Shown in pieces: positions 12,698-25,570 of a DNA stretch of 64,000 nucleotides. A program made the position numbers and the translations under genes. The stretch lies in the NCBI RefSeq assembly GCF_006345805.1, contig NC_042999.1, forward strand, positions 112,034,001 through 112,098,000, written 5' to 3'. Source of the DNA: Octopus sinensis (taxonomy: Eukaryota). The first letter of the stretch is position 1. The number at the start of each line of letters is the position of its first letter. The notes beneath the pieces were generated by a model. That model did not search any database. It was not told the DNA's origin and saw only the letters and a list, made by a program, of their open reading frames with translations.

Positions 12698-13139
12698 GTG
12701 AAGTAAACCTTATCTTAAATGTAAAATTAACCTCGAAAAATCTTCTACACTTTGTAAGTATATATCAAATTTTATATCAATAATGAACACTGAACATTGT
12801 CAAATAATGTCACTTTGTGCTTTTCTGTATCATTTTTTTTCTTTTTACCATTCATTTTCATTTCTTTTACACTTTCATGTTTATTCTTTAATTATTACTA
12901 AGACCAAAATAATCCTCAAAACAAAATAGCAAAACATTAAAATATTTACACATGGTTGAATTTACACAATGTTGAAACCTATTGCTAAAACCCATTAATA
13001 TTCATATGCATTTATCAAATAGGCCTATATCAAGAGTTTATACATTTATATAAATTTTCAATTTGATATTGCTACAGTTAGAAGTTTGGTATCTATTCAA
13101 TGTACATAAATGTAAATTATTCTTTTTAATCTCATTAAT

Positions 13140-13170
13140 GGAAGATAATAATAATAATGATAATAATAAT

Positions 13171-13227
<57 letters not shown>

Positions 13228-13387
13228 TTTGACGACCATGATTTCTTTAATTGACACTTCGTCGAAAAAATCATTACAGCATTACAGGATATTACAATAT
13301 ATTAGAATATATTTCTCTGTTATCTACATTATTATACAAATGGAGAAAAATAAATGAACATATATATATATCTATTATATATATATA

Positions 13388-13441
<54 letters not shown>

Positions 13442-13456
13442 TATACATATATAACA

Positions 13457-13507
<51 letters not shown>

Positions 13508-13510
13508 ATA

Positions 13511-13542
<32 letters not shown>

Positions 13543-13624
13543 TATATATATAATATAATCTATATATATATATATATAATATACATAATATATATAAATA
13601 TATATTATATATATGTAGATATAT

Positions 13625-13677
<53 letters not shown>

Positions 13678-13679
13678 CC

Positions 13680-13712
<33 letters not shown>

Positions 13713-13755
13713 AATATATATATATATATTATATATATATATATATATATATGGA
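13140..13755. repeat. (AAT)n (13140-13230) and long degenerate (TA)n (13350-13755)
   Basis: Seen directly. Confidence 0.95.
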
Positions 13756-15233
13756 TAAAGAAGAAATATATATGGGTATCATTAAAAAATATTAAATAAT
13801 TTTATCATTAATTTAATATTGTATACCATGTACTAAATTTTTGGAGATTGTTGAAAACATTCAAGATCAAAATGATGGCAAATATGATGATTTACTCTCT
13901 GATCATATAAAGTACAATGATTATTTTATGAGGATATACAATTTACAATAATTACATTGCGATTAGTTAAAAAAATGTTCAGTGTTATTTTGCTATTATA
14001 TAAAATATCTTCTTTACATAATACAATTATTTGATGAAAAATTCAAATTAAAAAAATTGGAATTATTTTAATTAAATTACTGAAATATTCTTTTGAAACT
14101 TTTTGAGGAATTTTCATCATGCTTCGTCAAACAGATTTATTTAAAATAAGTGATAATGTATCTAATGTAAAGAAATAAACAGATAAATAAATTAATGTTT
14201 GACTGCATTTGAAGAAAAAAAAATAACTACATTTAGTCAATAGTGGTAGCATGGAGCACCAAATAATTGCATTTAGCCAAAGGTGATGTTCTTGTTTTTT
14301 AATCATCGATGTCAGAATTTAACCAATAAACACTTGTATTTTTGTTAATGTAAATGTCTCAAAGAGCTGCAGGGTCTTTTAAGGTTTTGTGCCAAGTTCT
14401 AATTTCATGGCATGGTGTAAATAGTAAATGAGAGAATTATCTCCTCCTGGCTAGGTTACTTCTCTATTGAACATAACATTCCCAGAAAATCATTTACTAA
14501 GTATTCCTGATGTTTGCTTGAGTCTATAGATTAAATTATTAAAGATCCTTTTCAGATACACTGAAGCACTTACATTAGAATTGAACTTAAGACATATAAG
14601 GGAGTAGTCCCATTTACTACCCACTCAACCATTATACTTTAATCACCAGATATTATTTGCTTGACCTTTCATCATTGAAATTATGTAGGTTAGCCTTATG
14701 GACTTGTGAAAGAAGGAATTGAATTATTTTAACATACCTTTTGCAGTGGTAATAGGTGAGCTATTAGGAATTGAAATGATAAGCTATTAGGAATTGAAAT
14801 CAGATTACAAACTTAGTTCAGTGGTTTGATTATTTGTTTCTTATAATGGCACCAATCAATAATCTACCGTATTTATCTAAATTCAAATACATGTAACTTT
14901 AAAATTGTTATTTAATCAAAATTTACAATTAGTGATCAATGATTAGATTTATTTACATTACATTTTGTTCAAATTGACCTCTTTTAGTCACCAATTATTT
15001 CAAATAGCATAAGATGCTTACATTTAGCCAATAATGTATGTGTTTCATGAAAAGTAGTCACAAATTACAGCTTTCAGCTAAAACTAAATGGCTTTGATAT
15101 AAACAAGACGAATGACTATTTAGCCAAAAAAAAATTGAGGAGAATGTCCTTAGCATTTTCAAGACTTCCCCAACCTAAAATGTTTATATTTAACCAATCT
15201 ATAAAAATATTTAGTTCATTTGACTCCATATGC

Positions 15234-15411
15234 TAAACCTTTAGCATTTAAACTGGCTATATCGCCCATATATTCTACCTGTTTTGTGTTCAAACTGACC
15301 AGATCAGGCCTCTCTCACCCGACCCACAATCCCACCAAATCTCAAATTACAAACTGTGTAAATAAATAAGCATTACACTTGACAGAGTATTCTGAATGCT
15401 AAAGAGTTAAA
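15234..15411. mobile_element. piggyBac-like MITE
   Basis: Degenerate TIRs: left TAAACCTTTAGCATT, right AATGCTAAAGAGTTAA, matching a TTAA-CCCTT..AAGGG-TTAA type end. Confidence 0.65.
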
Positions 15412-15497
15412 GGTTGACAAAAACAGCCAGTAAAAATATAAGTTATTTACCAAAAGAGGTTTCATCATTCTACAATAGAAGAGTATATATGTATATA

Positions 15498-15623
15498 CAT
15501 GGTGATTCAAAAGTCACCATATATAGGAAAAATTTAATTCTTATAAGAAACGGTTAAATAAAAAAACTGTTTCTTTTAAAAAAATATATTGTTCATATGT
15601 ATGGTGACTTTTGAATCACCCTG
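15498..15623. mobile_element. 126-bp Tc1/mariner MITE
   Basis: 24-bp TIRs CATGGTGATTCAAAAGTCACCATA and TATGGTGACTTTTGAATCACCCTG (one mismatch), with TA on both flanks. Confidence 0.9.
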
Positions 15624-15921
15624 TAGAATCTCATTCATATGAAAAATAGTATTTAGTGTTCAAATATTTCTATTTTTCCAATGCTTTTTATCATTTAAAC
15701 ATCATTTAAAACATTATTTGATATTAATGACCATCATTGGCTGAAAGTATTCTTCCTCCAACACCTGATTTAACGCAACTACCTGGTATTTAGTTGCCTG
15801 TGCTAGAGTTCACTCTGTCGCTAACATTCAGACCAGGTTTCCAGATTGAGGGTATCTTTCTTCCAGCAACTTTAGAGGCCCTAACAAAAAAGTGTGATGA
15901 GCACTGCCTTTCTTGCCATGA

Positions 15922-16085
15922 TTTAGCTGTATAGTAAGGCGGCGAGCTGGCAGAAACGTTAGCACACTGGTTGAAATGCTTAGCGGTATTTTGTCTGTCT
16001 TTACAATCTGAGTTCAAATTTCACTGAGGTCGACTTTGCCTTTCATCCTTTTGGGGTCGATAAATTAAGTACAAGTTGCATACTG
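15922..16085 (+). mobile_element. SINE family B
   Basis: TAAGGCGGCGAGCTGGCAGAAACGTTAGCAC..GAGGTCGACTTTGCCTTTCATCC. Confidence 0.85.
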
Positions 16086-16111
16086 AAACCAGGAAACCAG
16101 CCCTTATGAAC

Positions 16112-16533
16112 CAACATGACTCAAGAAGGTAACTTTGTTTTGTTGTCTCACAGCTGCACGCACATCTGCCATGTTTTTCTGAGTTAATCTGGTTGCCGGT
16201 CTCCCACAACGTTCGTCAATATCGACATTTTTCAGCCATCTTGGAAACGTCTGAACCACTCGTACACTTGTGTGCGGCTCATACACTCCGCTCCATACAC
16301 TTTCTGCAACTTTGCGCAGGCCTTTGAGCAGGTATCACCATGACAATTTTTTATCATGGTCAATGCAACGATCACACGCTACACACCTTTCTTCTAAACA
16401 CTGCTGTAAATAGCGGAAGTGAGCTGGGACGTTAAAACTTAGAGTGTCTGCACAGCAGAGTTCAAGGCTTTATTCTGCGTGCTTTAACCTCCTTACTATG
16501 GCAACAGTCCGGATACTTATGGATCAGACCTCG
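16112..16533 (-). mobile_element. mariner 5' fragment (TIR plus N-terminal HTH)
   Basis: TIR TA-CGAGGTCTGATCCATAAGTATCCGGACT. The minus-strand peptide VYGAECMSRTQVYEWFRRFQDG..VDIDERCGRP is frameshifted. Confidence 0.85.
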
Positions 16534-16545
16534 TATATATGTATA

Positions 16546-17722
16546 TCAGGTTATTAAGAATGAAATGTTCGATTTTTTATGCACCAAGTTTGACAATCAT
16601 TACCTCTTATGTTTTATCCTGACAACTCTTTGTTTAACAACATTGAAGAGTTACATCATCACTTTTCGAAATGCAATTCATGGTGTCTGATTATATTGTG
16701 AGTTTTCTCTTGTAAATTAATTTTTGTGAACCCATGGATAGATAAAAAATTCGTGTTGTTTATGAATATAGGTTACGTCATGGAACTAATACATCCGAAA
16801 CAGGTTGAAACATCAATGAGGTGTTTGGCGAATGAGCGCACTGTACGACGATGGTTTGAGAAGTTCCAGTCTGGTAACTTTACTCATGAAAAGCATTCCC
16901 GTGATAGATCTGAGACTAAGGTGGATAATGATGAGCGGAAACTAGTGGAAGCGGATACATCTCAAACTACGCGTGAGTTAGCAGCAAGGTTTGATGTTTC
17001 GATTCCAACTGTATTGAAACAAATCAGAAGATAAGAAGCTGGACAAGTGGGTACCACACGAACTGACCGAGCATCAAATGAAACGTCGTCTTTAAACTTG
17101 CTGTTCTTTGCTGTCACGGCATAAAAGCTAACCATTTTTGCATCGTATTGTTATGTGTGTTGAAAAATGGATTCTTTCCAATAATAGCAAGCGTGGTTGG
17201 TTAGAAACGAAGTGCCAAAACGCAATTCAAAAAGGAATATTCACCAAAAAAAGCTACTGATGTCTGTTTGGTGGTCCAGTGCTGGTGTCATCCACTATAG
17301 CTTCATGAGACCTGGTAAGTCAATTAGAGCGGATGTATACATCAACCAAATGGATGAAATGATGAGTGAACTTGCAATTAAACAACCGAGATTGGTCAAT
17401 ACAGACAGGCCAATTCTCTTGCTAGAGAATGCTCATCACATGTTGCACAAACAACGCTACTCAAGTTCCAGGAACTGAACTTGGAAGTACTCTGTCATCT
17501 ACCATATTCACCAGACCTTGCAGCAACTGACTATCAAGTTCTACAGGCATTAGACAACTTTTTTGCAAGGAGAAAACTTCAAATCTGAAGAAGATGCAAA
17601 AACAGCCTTTCGTGATTTCATCACCTCTTGCTCTCCAGAATTCTTTGCTGCCGGCATAAATAAGCTACCGATAAAATGACAAAATTTTGTTGATAATTTA
17701 GGTGCATACTTTGATTAACTGC
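16546..17722 (+). mobile_element. Near full-length decayed mariner (Hsmar1/cecropia-like) transposase pseudogene
   Basis: ANERTVRRWFEKF, KLDKWVPHELT, SVWWSSAGVIHY, PILLLENA, PYSPDLAATDY and GAYFD* appear in order, with stops and frameshifts. Confidence 0.92.
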
Positions 17723-17971
17723 ATATATTATACATATATGCACGTATATATATGTGTGTTTGTATATATATATATATATATATAAATATATATGTATATG
17801 TATTGGAGCAATCTCGAGTATAACTAGCTGAAATTGCTAAGATAATCTGGAACTCGACTGAGGAAAAAAAATTCCGAATGACCCGTCCTTCTTTTCTTTG
17901 TATCGTCTATGTGGATGTTTTGCGTTCTTGTCCCATTTTGTATTTTATTTATATATATATATATATATATA

Positions 17972-18723
17972 TAAGGGTAAAATTGATTAATTAATCAATT
18001 TTACCTTTTGGATTGTGTTTTGGCAACTCGTTGCTAAACCCTTAATTATTGTTATAATTATATATAAAACTTCTTGTATAAGTTTTTACTGAATATGGTT
18101 CCTTTCTATACCGAAAGTACTTGGTGAAATTTATTAATTATAAATTAATAATTTTTTACCCTATATCTATAATAATTATTTTACTCCCTCATAACAAGAA
18201 AAGCTACGGATCTATTTTCTGCAGTACTGTCTCGTGACCTACATGGCGTAGAAATTGGTGGCAAATATGAATTTCACTCGTCTATATAAATTCGGATATG
18301 CTAACTACCTTGTGTGATGTTCTGATGTATGCAAAGGGTAAGTTTTCTAGCATTTTTTAATTTATAACTATCGGAATATTATGTTGATAAGGAAATGAGT
18401 TTTATAACTCTCATCCAGAAACGCGTCCATAATTGACCGAAGACTGTTTGATTTCATTATTTTCCTTCTTTTTTGCCTGTGAGTTACAGAGAGGGTTATC
18501 TGTGGAGTCATATTTTGTAGCGAAAAGAAATAACGGTCTTTTGGCTGCTATTTCTAAATTTTTCGGTATGTGGTTAAGCAACTCGTTGCTAAGCCCTTAA
18601 CTATTGTTATAATTATATATAAAACTTCTTGTATAAATTTTTACCGAATATGGTTCCTTTCCATACAGAGACTACTTGGTGAAATTTATTAATTATAATT
18701 AATAATTTTTTACCCTATATCTA

Positions 18724-18724
<1 letters not shown>
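17972..18724 (+). mobile_element. Penelope-like (PLE) non-autonomous remnant with pseudo-LTR direct repeats
   Basis: ~148-bp direct repeats at 18023-18170 and 18578-18724, a 30-bp perfect palindrome at 17976-18005 and a hammerhead-like fold at 18378-18433. (TA)n lies on both flanks. Confidence 0.65.
18378..18433 (+). ncRNA. Degenerate minimal type I hammerhead ribozyme
   Basis: ATTATG-TTGATAA-GG..ATGAG/CTCAT.CC-A-GAAA-CGCGTC-CATAAT. Stem I has 6 perfect bp and helix III is the palindrome ACGCGT. The core has two changes relative to CUGANGA. Confidence 0.6.
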
Positions 18725-18772
<48 letters not shown>

Positions 18773-18979
18773 CCGTGCTGCATCACGGATTTTTGTCAGT
18801 GAACAGGTCGCGGATTTTAGCGACGAACATATTTTGACAAATTAAACTTAAATGTTGAAGTGAATCGAACGACTTTTGTGTGTTTCTTAAATGGCTTACA
18901 AATACCTTCCACGCTGTAATTGTTTTCGTTCCAGCACACGATCTCAGATCAAATCACTTGCTATGCGAGTACATCTCCG

Positions 18980-19011
<32 letters not shown>

Positions 19012-19014
<3 letters not shown>

Positions 19015-19395
19015 TGGCTGTGAGGTAAGAAGCTTTCTTCCCAACCACATAGTTCCGGGTTCACTCCCACTGCGTGGAACCTTTGGCAAGTGTCATCTAC
19101 TATAGCCTCGGGCCTACCAAAACCTTGTGAGTGGATTTGATAGACGGAAGCTGAAAGAAGCCCATCGTGTATATGTGTGTGTGTGTATTTGTGCGTGTGT
19201 CTGTGTTTGTCCCCCCACCATCGCATAACAACCGATGTTGGTGTGTTTACTTCCCCATAACTTAACGGTTCGGCAAAAGAGACTGATGGAAAAGTACTAG
19301 GCTTACAAAGAATAAGTCCTGGGGTCAATTTATTCGACTAAAGTCGGTGTCCCAGCATGGCCACAGTCTAATGACTGAAACAAGTAAAAGAATAA
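19012..19395 (+). mobile_element. SINE family A
   Basis: Full head, body and tail homologous to 8861-9272. Confidence 0.85.
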
Positions 19396-19464
19396 AAGAA
19401 TATATATATATATATATATAATACATACATACATACATACATATGTATAAGCATACATGCAATG

Positions 19465-19615
19465 GATTTACACATAGTTTCTGTTAATAATCCTCCTTCA
19501 TACAGAATTGGTCAATTTGAGACTATAGTAGAAGACATCCTTAAGCTCAAAGTACTGTACGGAAGGCTTGATTCCATGGCAACATAGTTAGGAATTGAAC
19601 TTCTTAAACACACAG
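19465..19615 (-). mobile_element. Decayed SINE family A 5' half
   Basis: GACTATAGTAGAAGACA and GAACTTCTTAAACACACAG match the reverse complement of the family A head and body. Confidence 0.55.
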
Positions 19616-20689
19616 TAATGTGTAAGACTGTGAATGGAGGTTGACATTTCTTAGAACTGTTGCTTTAAATTATACAGACTTTTGACCATTGTAGTTTTGT
19701 AATACAAAGACATAAGCTACATTTGTAACAACGAGAAAAGCAGAGCTAAGAGATAGTCTTCCTGTGAACCAGAAGTCAGAGTAGTGACCTACACCGACAG
19801 ATTATTGCTACATATGTAACTAAAGATTTTAACGCCATTTTTGTTGCTTCCAATATCGTTATAGAGAGCTACATTTGTTGGGTTTCCTATTTTCTTGAAA
19901 ATAGTTAATGTCTTTTGTAATATGGTTCACTGAAGAAGAGCATTGTACAGTAATTATTTGCAGCGAAATTGTTGTGTGTTGTAGTGTAGTTACAGAATAG
20001 CTGCAGGTTGCAGTGTAATATATAGTATAGCTCTGTAATTTGTAGAACAGTTGCAACATACTGTAGTTCCAGTGCAGTATGGAATGAAGCATTTGGTGAT
20101 TTTGTGTAGTGTAATAAATTGTGTAATATATTGCAATATATAGCATAATTGTTTTTATATGATGTAATGCTGTGTACTGTATTGTAATATAGCATAGTAC
20201 CACATAGTGTGACACTTCGTCGTCGTCGTAGTAGTAGTAGTAGTAGTAGTTGCCAATCAGCATGTTGCCCCTATCTTTGCACATCTATATCTAAGATGAA
20301 AGTTGTTCCAGATATAAACATCCCTTTTTTTTACACTCATACGTTAGTTTAGCTCAGACGACTTTATCCAATGTGTCCCTCTTCTTGAGATGATACAGCA
20401 TGATTTTTAGGAATATTTTGCTGCTACTTCTAGCAAGTAAAATAACTACGTAAAATGCCTTCATTGGTTTGTATATGCTGCATAAGAAAGTATATCAATA
20501 GTGCAGTGTAATGAAGTACTATAATAGTGCTGTTTGGCATTCCTTGTAATGCACTTAGGGTTTTTGATTTATGTTTATCCTGTCCGTCCATCTTAATGAT
20601 AACCATGGCATTAATCAGGATTGTGAAGCCCCAGTGTGCGTGTTAGGGAGTGGTTAATAAATCTAATATAGGCTTAAAATGTTCTGTAG

Positions 20690-21250
20690 TACATTGAACT
20701 GATGTGGTTGGGTCTTTCTGTAAATGCACTAGCAGCTCTAAACTTCCGTGGCTTCCTCTTCTGATTAGTCTGTCTGATTCCAGCTTGTTCAGATGCTGTA
20801 GCAGGTAGTTCTCTCGATAGCGTGATGCTCTGGATTAAATAAGATTTTAAGAGTGTCCTTGTAGCATATGTTCTGGCCATCAACCAAACGTCTACCCCAA
20901 ACAAACTTTCTGCTAAAAAACGTTGTTTAGAAGTTGAGACGCTTCCTCAAACAGTCTTGAGAAAATATCGAAGGCAACGCTGGCTTCGACATTCAGCAGT
21001 TGACTTCGATATTGATTTAGAGGATTCTTTAATACATGCTTAACGTATGTGAAACTGCCAAGTGTCTGTAGAATTGGGGACTTAACCGTGATTGAGGTGT
21101 TACATAGTCCCTGTGAAGGACCAGATGTTATGAGACCTCAGCTTTATTTGTGTTGATCTAGAAGTTAAATATATAATGGCCAGCAAGGCACTTCATTTCG
21201 CATTGCATCAATCTACTGAACTTCAACGAGTCCCAGCTGAAAGCTGGTGC
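20690..21250 (-). mobile_element. Decayed RTE-clade LINE C-terminal fragment
   Basis: The minus strand gives GRRLVDGQNICYKDTLK, resembling the RTE motif G.R..GGQ.KRYKDTLK. Many stops and frameshifts. Confidence 0.6.
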
Positions 21251-21533
21251 AGCTCTAACCCCCACCCTAACCCTAAACGAAAAAAATGCCTCCTTGAATT
21301 TTCAGAATGTTCTTCTCCTGATACCCAGAGCAGTTCTTTTCCACAATGGCGCAGTTACTCTCGAAGACTTTGTTTGTACGTTCTGTTCTCAGTTCATACC
21401 TTTCAAGAAGGAACCAATACACCAACCTTACCATTTTTCTATCACATAACCATTACTCTTGTTAATGATGTTGTAAATATTATTGTTATTGTTGTGCAGA
21501 CCAATGGTCAAAAGCATTCCAACATAAACATAC

Positions 21534-21593
<60 letters not shown>

Positions 21594-21656
21594 TCTCTAC
21601 ATAGTGGCCGAAACTTTCTAACTTCCTACAGCTTGATCCTTAGATATTACCATTAC

Positions 21657-21706
<50 letters not shown>

Positions 21707-21856
21707 TATGTGTGTGTGTGTGTGTTCGTGTGTGTATGGCGTTGTATAGAGTGTTTGAAGTGTACAGATATTGAGAAAAAGAAGGCAGTCAGAATATTGG
21801 ATAATTTTATATATATAGATAGATAGATAGATATATCATTTTTATATATCCGATAG

Positions 21857-21990
21857 TCGTCCCTTGCCGTGGTGGAAAAGCTTGTGTGTTCCAATGATTC
21901 CGAGAGTGATGCCGTCTGGAGTCTTAGACTCCTTGTAGGGCCACTCATGGCAGCAAGGTCGAGGATGAGGCCCCACTAAACACGACCAAA
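21857..21990 (+). mobile_element. RTE (Expander-like) 5'UTR fragment
   Basis: CTTGCCGTGGTGG..TGTGTTCCAATGA..GTAGGGCCACTCATGGC..AGGTC resembles RTE 5'UTRs recalled from fish elements. Confidence 0.55.
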
Positions 21991-21999
21991 CACCAGAAT

Positions 22000-22575
22000 C
22001 AAGGTGGAAGAGGGAGCGAGGGAGAGGAGGAAGGAGATGAGGAGGAGGAGAAGGGAGAGGAGAAGGAGAAGGGAGATAATGGAGAGGAGTAGGATGGAGA
22101 GGAGTAGGAAGAGGGAGAGGAGGAGGAAGAGGGAGAGGAGGAGGATGGAGTAGGAAGCTGTTAGCTTGTTAATGATGAGGATGATGATGATGATAAAGGA
22201 GATGATGATGATGGTTGTAGTGGTGGTGATGGTGGTAGTAACGACGACGATGATGACTGTTGCTGTGCATGATTGATGTTCGTTCCCATCATGTTTCACA
22301 TTGCCCAAATCCCTTTCGGCAAATCAAGAGCCATTTTGTGATTACAGCACAATTTGTAATTATTGCAATTAGCGAGCAAACTGTTAAAATGGCAACCCCG
22401 TAAATTGTCATTGTGCAAAAGTATTATCAGTAGTAGCACATGCAGTGAGTTTGTATCATATTTTAGATATATAGAAATAGTAAGAGAGAGAGAGAGGGTG
22501 AGGGATAGGTTATACCAGAGTGAGAGCGAGAGAGGAAGACATAGTGTCTGATGAATGTATAAGATATATATATAT

Positions 22576-22622
<47 letters not shown>

Positions 22623-23560
22623 GTATGTATCTGTATATGTCTTTGCAGTTTTGCGTATTATGTGTATATGTATGTATGTATGTATGCATGCATGTATGTA
22701 TGTATATATGTATGCATGTATTTATGTATGTGAGTGTATGTACGTAAGTTAATGTATGTATGTGTGTATGTATGCATGTATGTATGTGAGTATTATGTGA
22801 GTTTATGTGTGTATGTATGTATGTATGTATGTATGTATGCATGTATTTATGTATGTGAGTGTATGTACGTAAGTTAATATATGTATGTGTGTATGTATGC
22901 ATGTATGTATGTGAGTATTATGTATGTATGTATGTATGTATGTATGTATGTATGTGAGTCTATGTATGTGTGTATGTATGCATGTAAGTGCGTGGATTTG
23001 TGCGTATGTGTGAATGTGCATACGTGGAGAAAAAGAGAGGAATGGAATGGAAGAAAAAGAGGAAATAAAAAGAAAGAACGAGAGAAAGAGAGCTAGAGAG
23101 CATGTGACAGAGACATACTATATAGAGATATATGAAAAGAAAGAAAAAGGGTGAGGATGAAGAAGAAAAGGAATATGTGTAAGAAAAAAGATGGCGAAAC
23201 AAGGTAGGAGGTAAAAATGTGGGGTGGGGTATAGAAGAAAAGTGAGTGATTTGGAGTGAGGGAGATAAAGAAAGGAATAGACGATATGAAAGAGGTGAAT
23301 GAATAGAGTTAACATATCGTGTGTGCGTGTGAGTGTTAGGAGAGAGAGAGAGAGAGAGAAAGGATAAAGAGATAATAGGTGAATGTTGATGAGAAAATGG
23401 AGAGTGAAGTGATGGCGATGATGAGAGAAAGACATAATGAAGGATAAAGTTTTTTTTTATATAAATCGTAGAGAAAGACAGACAATAAAAAATGAGTGTA
23501 AACGTGGCAGAGGAAGAGAGGGAGAGAAAGGAGGAGAGAAAGAGAGAGATGGGGGAGAGA
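22000..23560. repeat. Low-complexity GGA/GAT, TA, TATG and purine-rich tracts
   Basis: Seen directly. Confidence 0.85.
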
Positions 23561-24394
23561 GGAAAGGGTTTAAAAGATGGAGCAGAAACCAGATTTAAGG
23601 AGTTCAATGGCCAGAGGCACATATTGCATATATTGTACATACTGATGAATGGCAGAACGTGGGTGGGTGACGACAGAGGAATCAGGTTATATGCTAGCCC
23701 ACCCTACCCTCAAGGTCTAGTTTGTCATTGTCATCAACGCCCTCTTCTTTCTCCCTCCTTCCTCCCTCACTCTCTCTTTCACACACACTTTCTCTCTCCT
23801 TTCCCTTCATCCCATGAATTAGTGGTGTGCACATTCAGCAGCTGGGACAACGTATGTATATGTGACAAAGGATACAAACACTCACACACACAACCTCACA
23901 TGCATACACACTCACGCACAAACACATACTTAAATACACGCGCATATAAATTCACAAACCAAAGCATACACCACAAATATATACACACTCACATACACAT
24001 ACACACATACACATAAACACAGTAACGCAACGGTTTAGCATGGCATTGGCGTATCGCAGAGAAAGAACCAAACTTTGTCGTATTTCCTAATCAGAATGGG
24101 ATTCTTTGCTCCACCACAATCAATCAGTTACGGCAAGTTCACACAGTTAAATATGTGAATTAAGTAAGATAATATGGTCGGCTGATCCCATCACTGAACC
24201 TTCCTACTGTTTAGACTTTGGCTGCGGCCTTTAACAAAAACTCTTGAAAACACTCATTCGGCATATATACTACTTCGTACCTTGCAAAACGTTTTTGTGT
24301 TTTTTATGATATGCGTACGTGTGTATGAATGTTAGAGCGTGATTGAGAGCGCGCACACACACATACATGCATAAACACACAATGCACATGCAAA

Positions 24395-25095
24395 CATCCT
24401 AACAACTTCTCCAAAGCACTGGATGAGGGATGCTCTTGCTGGAGATACAATCAGGTCCTCAAGACCAATATCTAAGGCAATCAGCGAGACGATCAATGAC
24501 AGCAGACATGCGAACACGACACTTTTGAAGATAGCTTTTATTGAGGAAGCAGAGAGGCCAAAGAAAAGACACGAGAACAGCTCCAGTGGTTTACTTTCTA
24601 CAGCGCATGACTAGAAGACAGAATTCGACTTTGAGAAGCAGCTAAAATTTCAATCAACCAGACCTTGTTGAGACCAGATATCGTTTTGTTTTCTGAGATA
24701 TCAAGGCAGAAAAAATCCTATTGACGTTAACTGTGCCCTGAGAGGAACCACAAAAGCTAAGTTACAGAAACTGGCGGAGAACTGTCCCATGAATGGGTGG
24801 GGATCGAGATGTTTACCTGTGGAGGCCTGTGGTGTAGAATCCGCAGATCATACTCTGAATAAGGCCTATGAAACCCTGGTAATTACAGAAATGAACAGAA
24901 AAGCCATCAAGAACAAAGTAGAGGGTACTGAGAAAGCATCTAAATGGTTTCGGTTAAAAAGAGGTGATCGGGGAGGTCAGTAGAATGTCACTTGGACACA
25001 GATTGATTGATTTAGATTGGATTACTCAGATTAGGGTGTATGTTGTCAAACCCGAAACACTCAGTGATTCCTGGGCACATCACTTACAGTGTGTC
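24395..25095 (+). mobile_element. HERO-like (NeSL/R2 group) non-LTR retrotransposon 3' fragment with restriction-like endonuclease
   Basis: Fragments LRPDIVLFSE, GWGSRCLPVE and EKASKWFRLKRGD, followed by a 3'UTR with ACCCGAAACAC..ACATCACT. Frameshifted. Confidence 0.8.
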
Positions 25096-25205
25096 TAAGT
25101 ATAGTACTTGTAGTTGCACGTAAAACTATGCATATGTGTATATGTCATATGAATGTATGTATATGTATGCGCGTATATATATGTATGTGTATTTGTATGT
25201 AAGCA

Positions 25206-25285
<80 letters not shown>

Positions 25286-25570
25286 GTATGTCATTGTTCA
25301 GTTTTATTTCAAGATTTCTTGCCAATAAGGAAAGAGTCGGTTTCTAACCTAGATTTGAGGCTTCTTCATTGGAATTTCAACATCAACAATAGGGTAGTTT
25401 TGTATGTATGTATGTATGTATGTATGTATGTATGTATGTATGTATGTATGTATGTATGTGTGTGTGTATTCATGTATGTATGCATGTATGTATATTTGCA
25501 GATTTGTATGTTTTGCTTTATGTATGTATTCTCATGCATATAGTTGCATATCTAGACATGCTCATATACA

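Noticed and set aside
7128-13758. Many ORFs rich in YI, CV, HT, II or NN (also at 22-23, 25, 31-32, 49, 55-56 and 63 kb)
   Set aside because: They are stop-free reading frames of microsatellites.
17805-17945. CTGAGGA..GAAT..GTC as a second hammerhead
   Set aside because: Stems I and II cannot be formed convincingly, so it is treated as an unclassified repeat fragment (related piece near 27215-27270).
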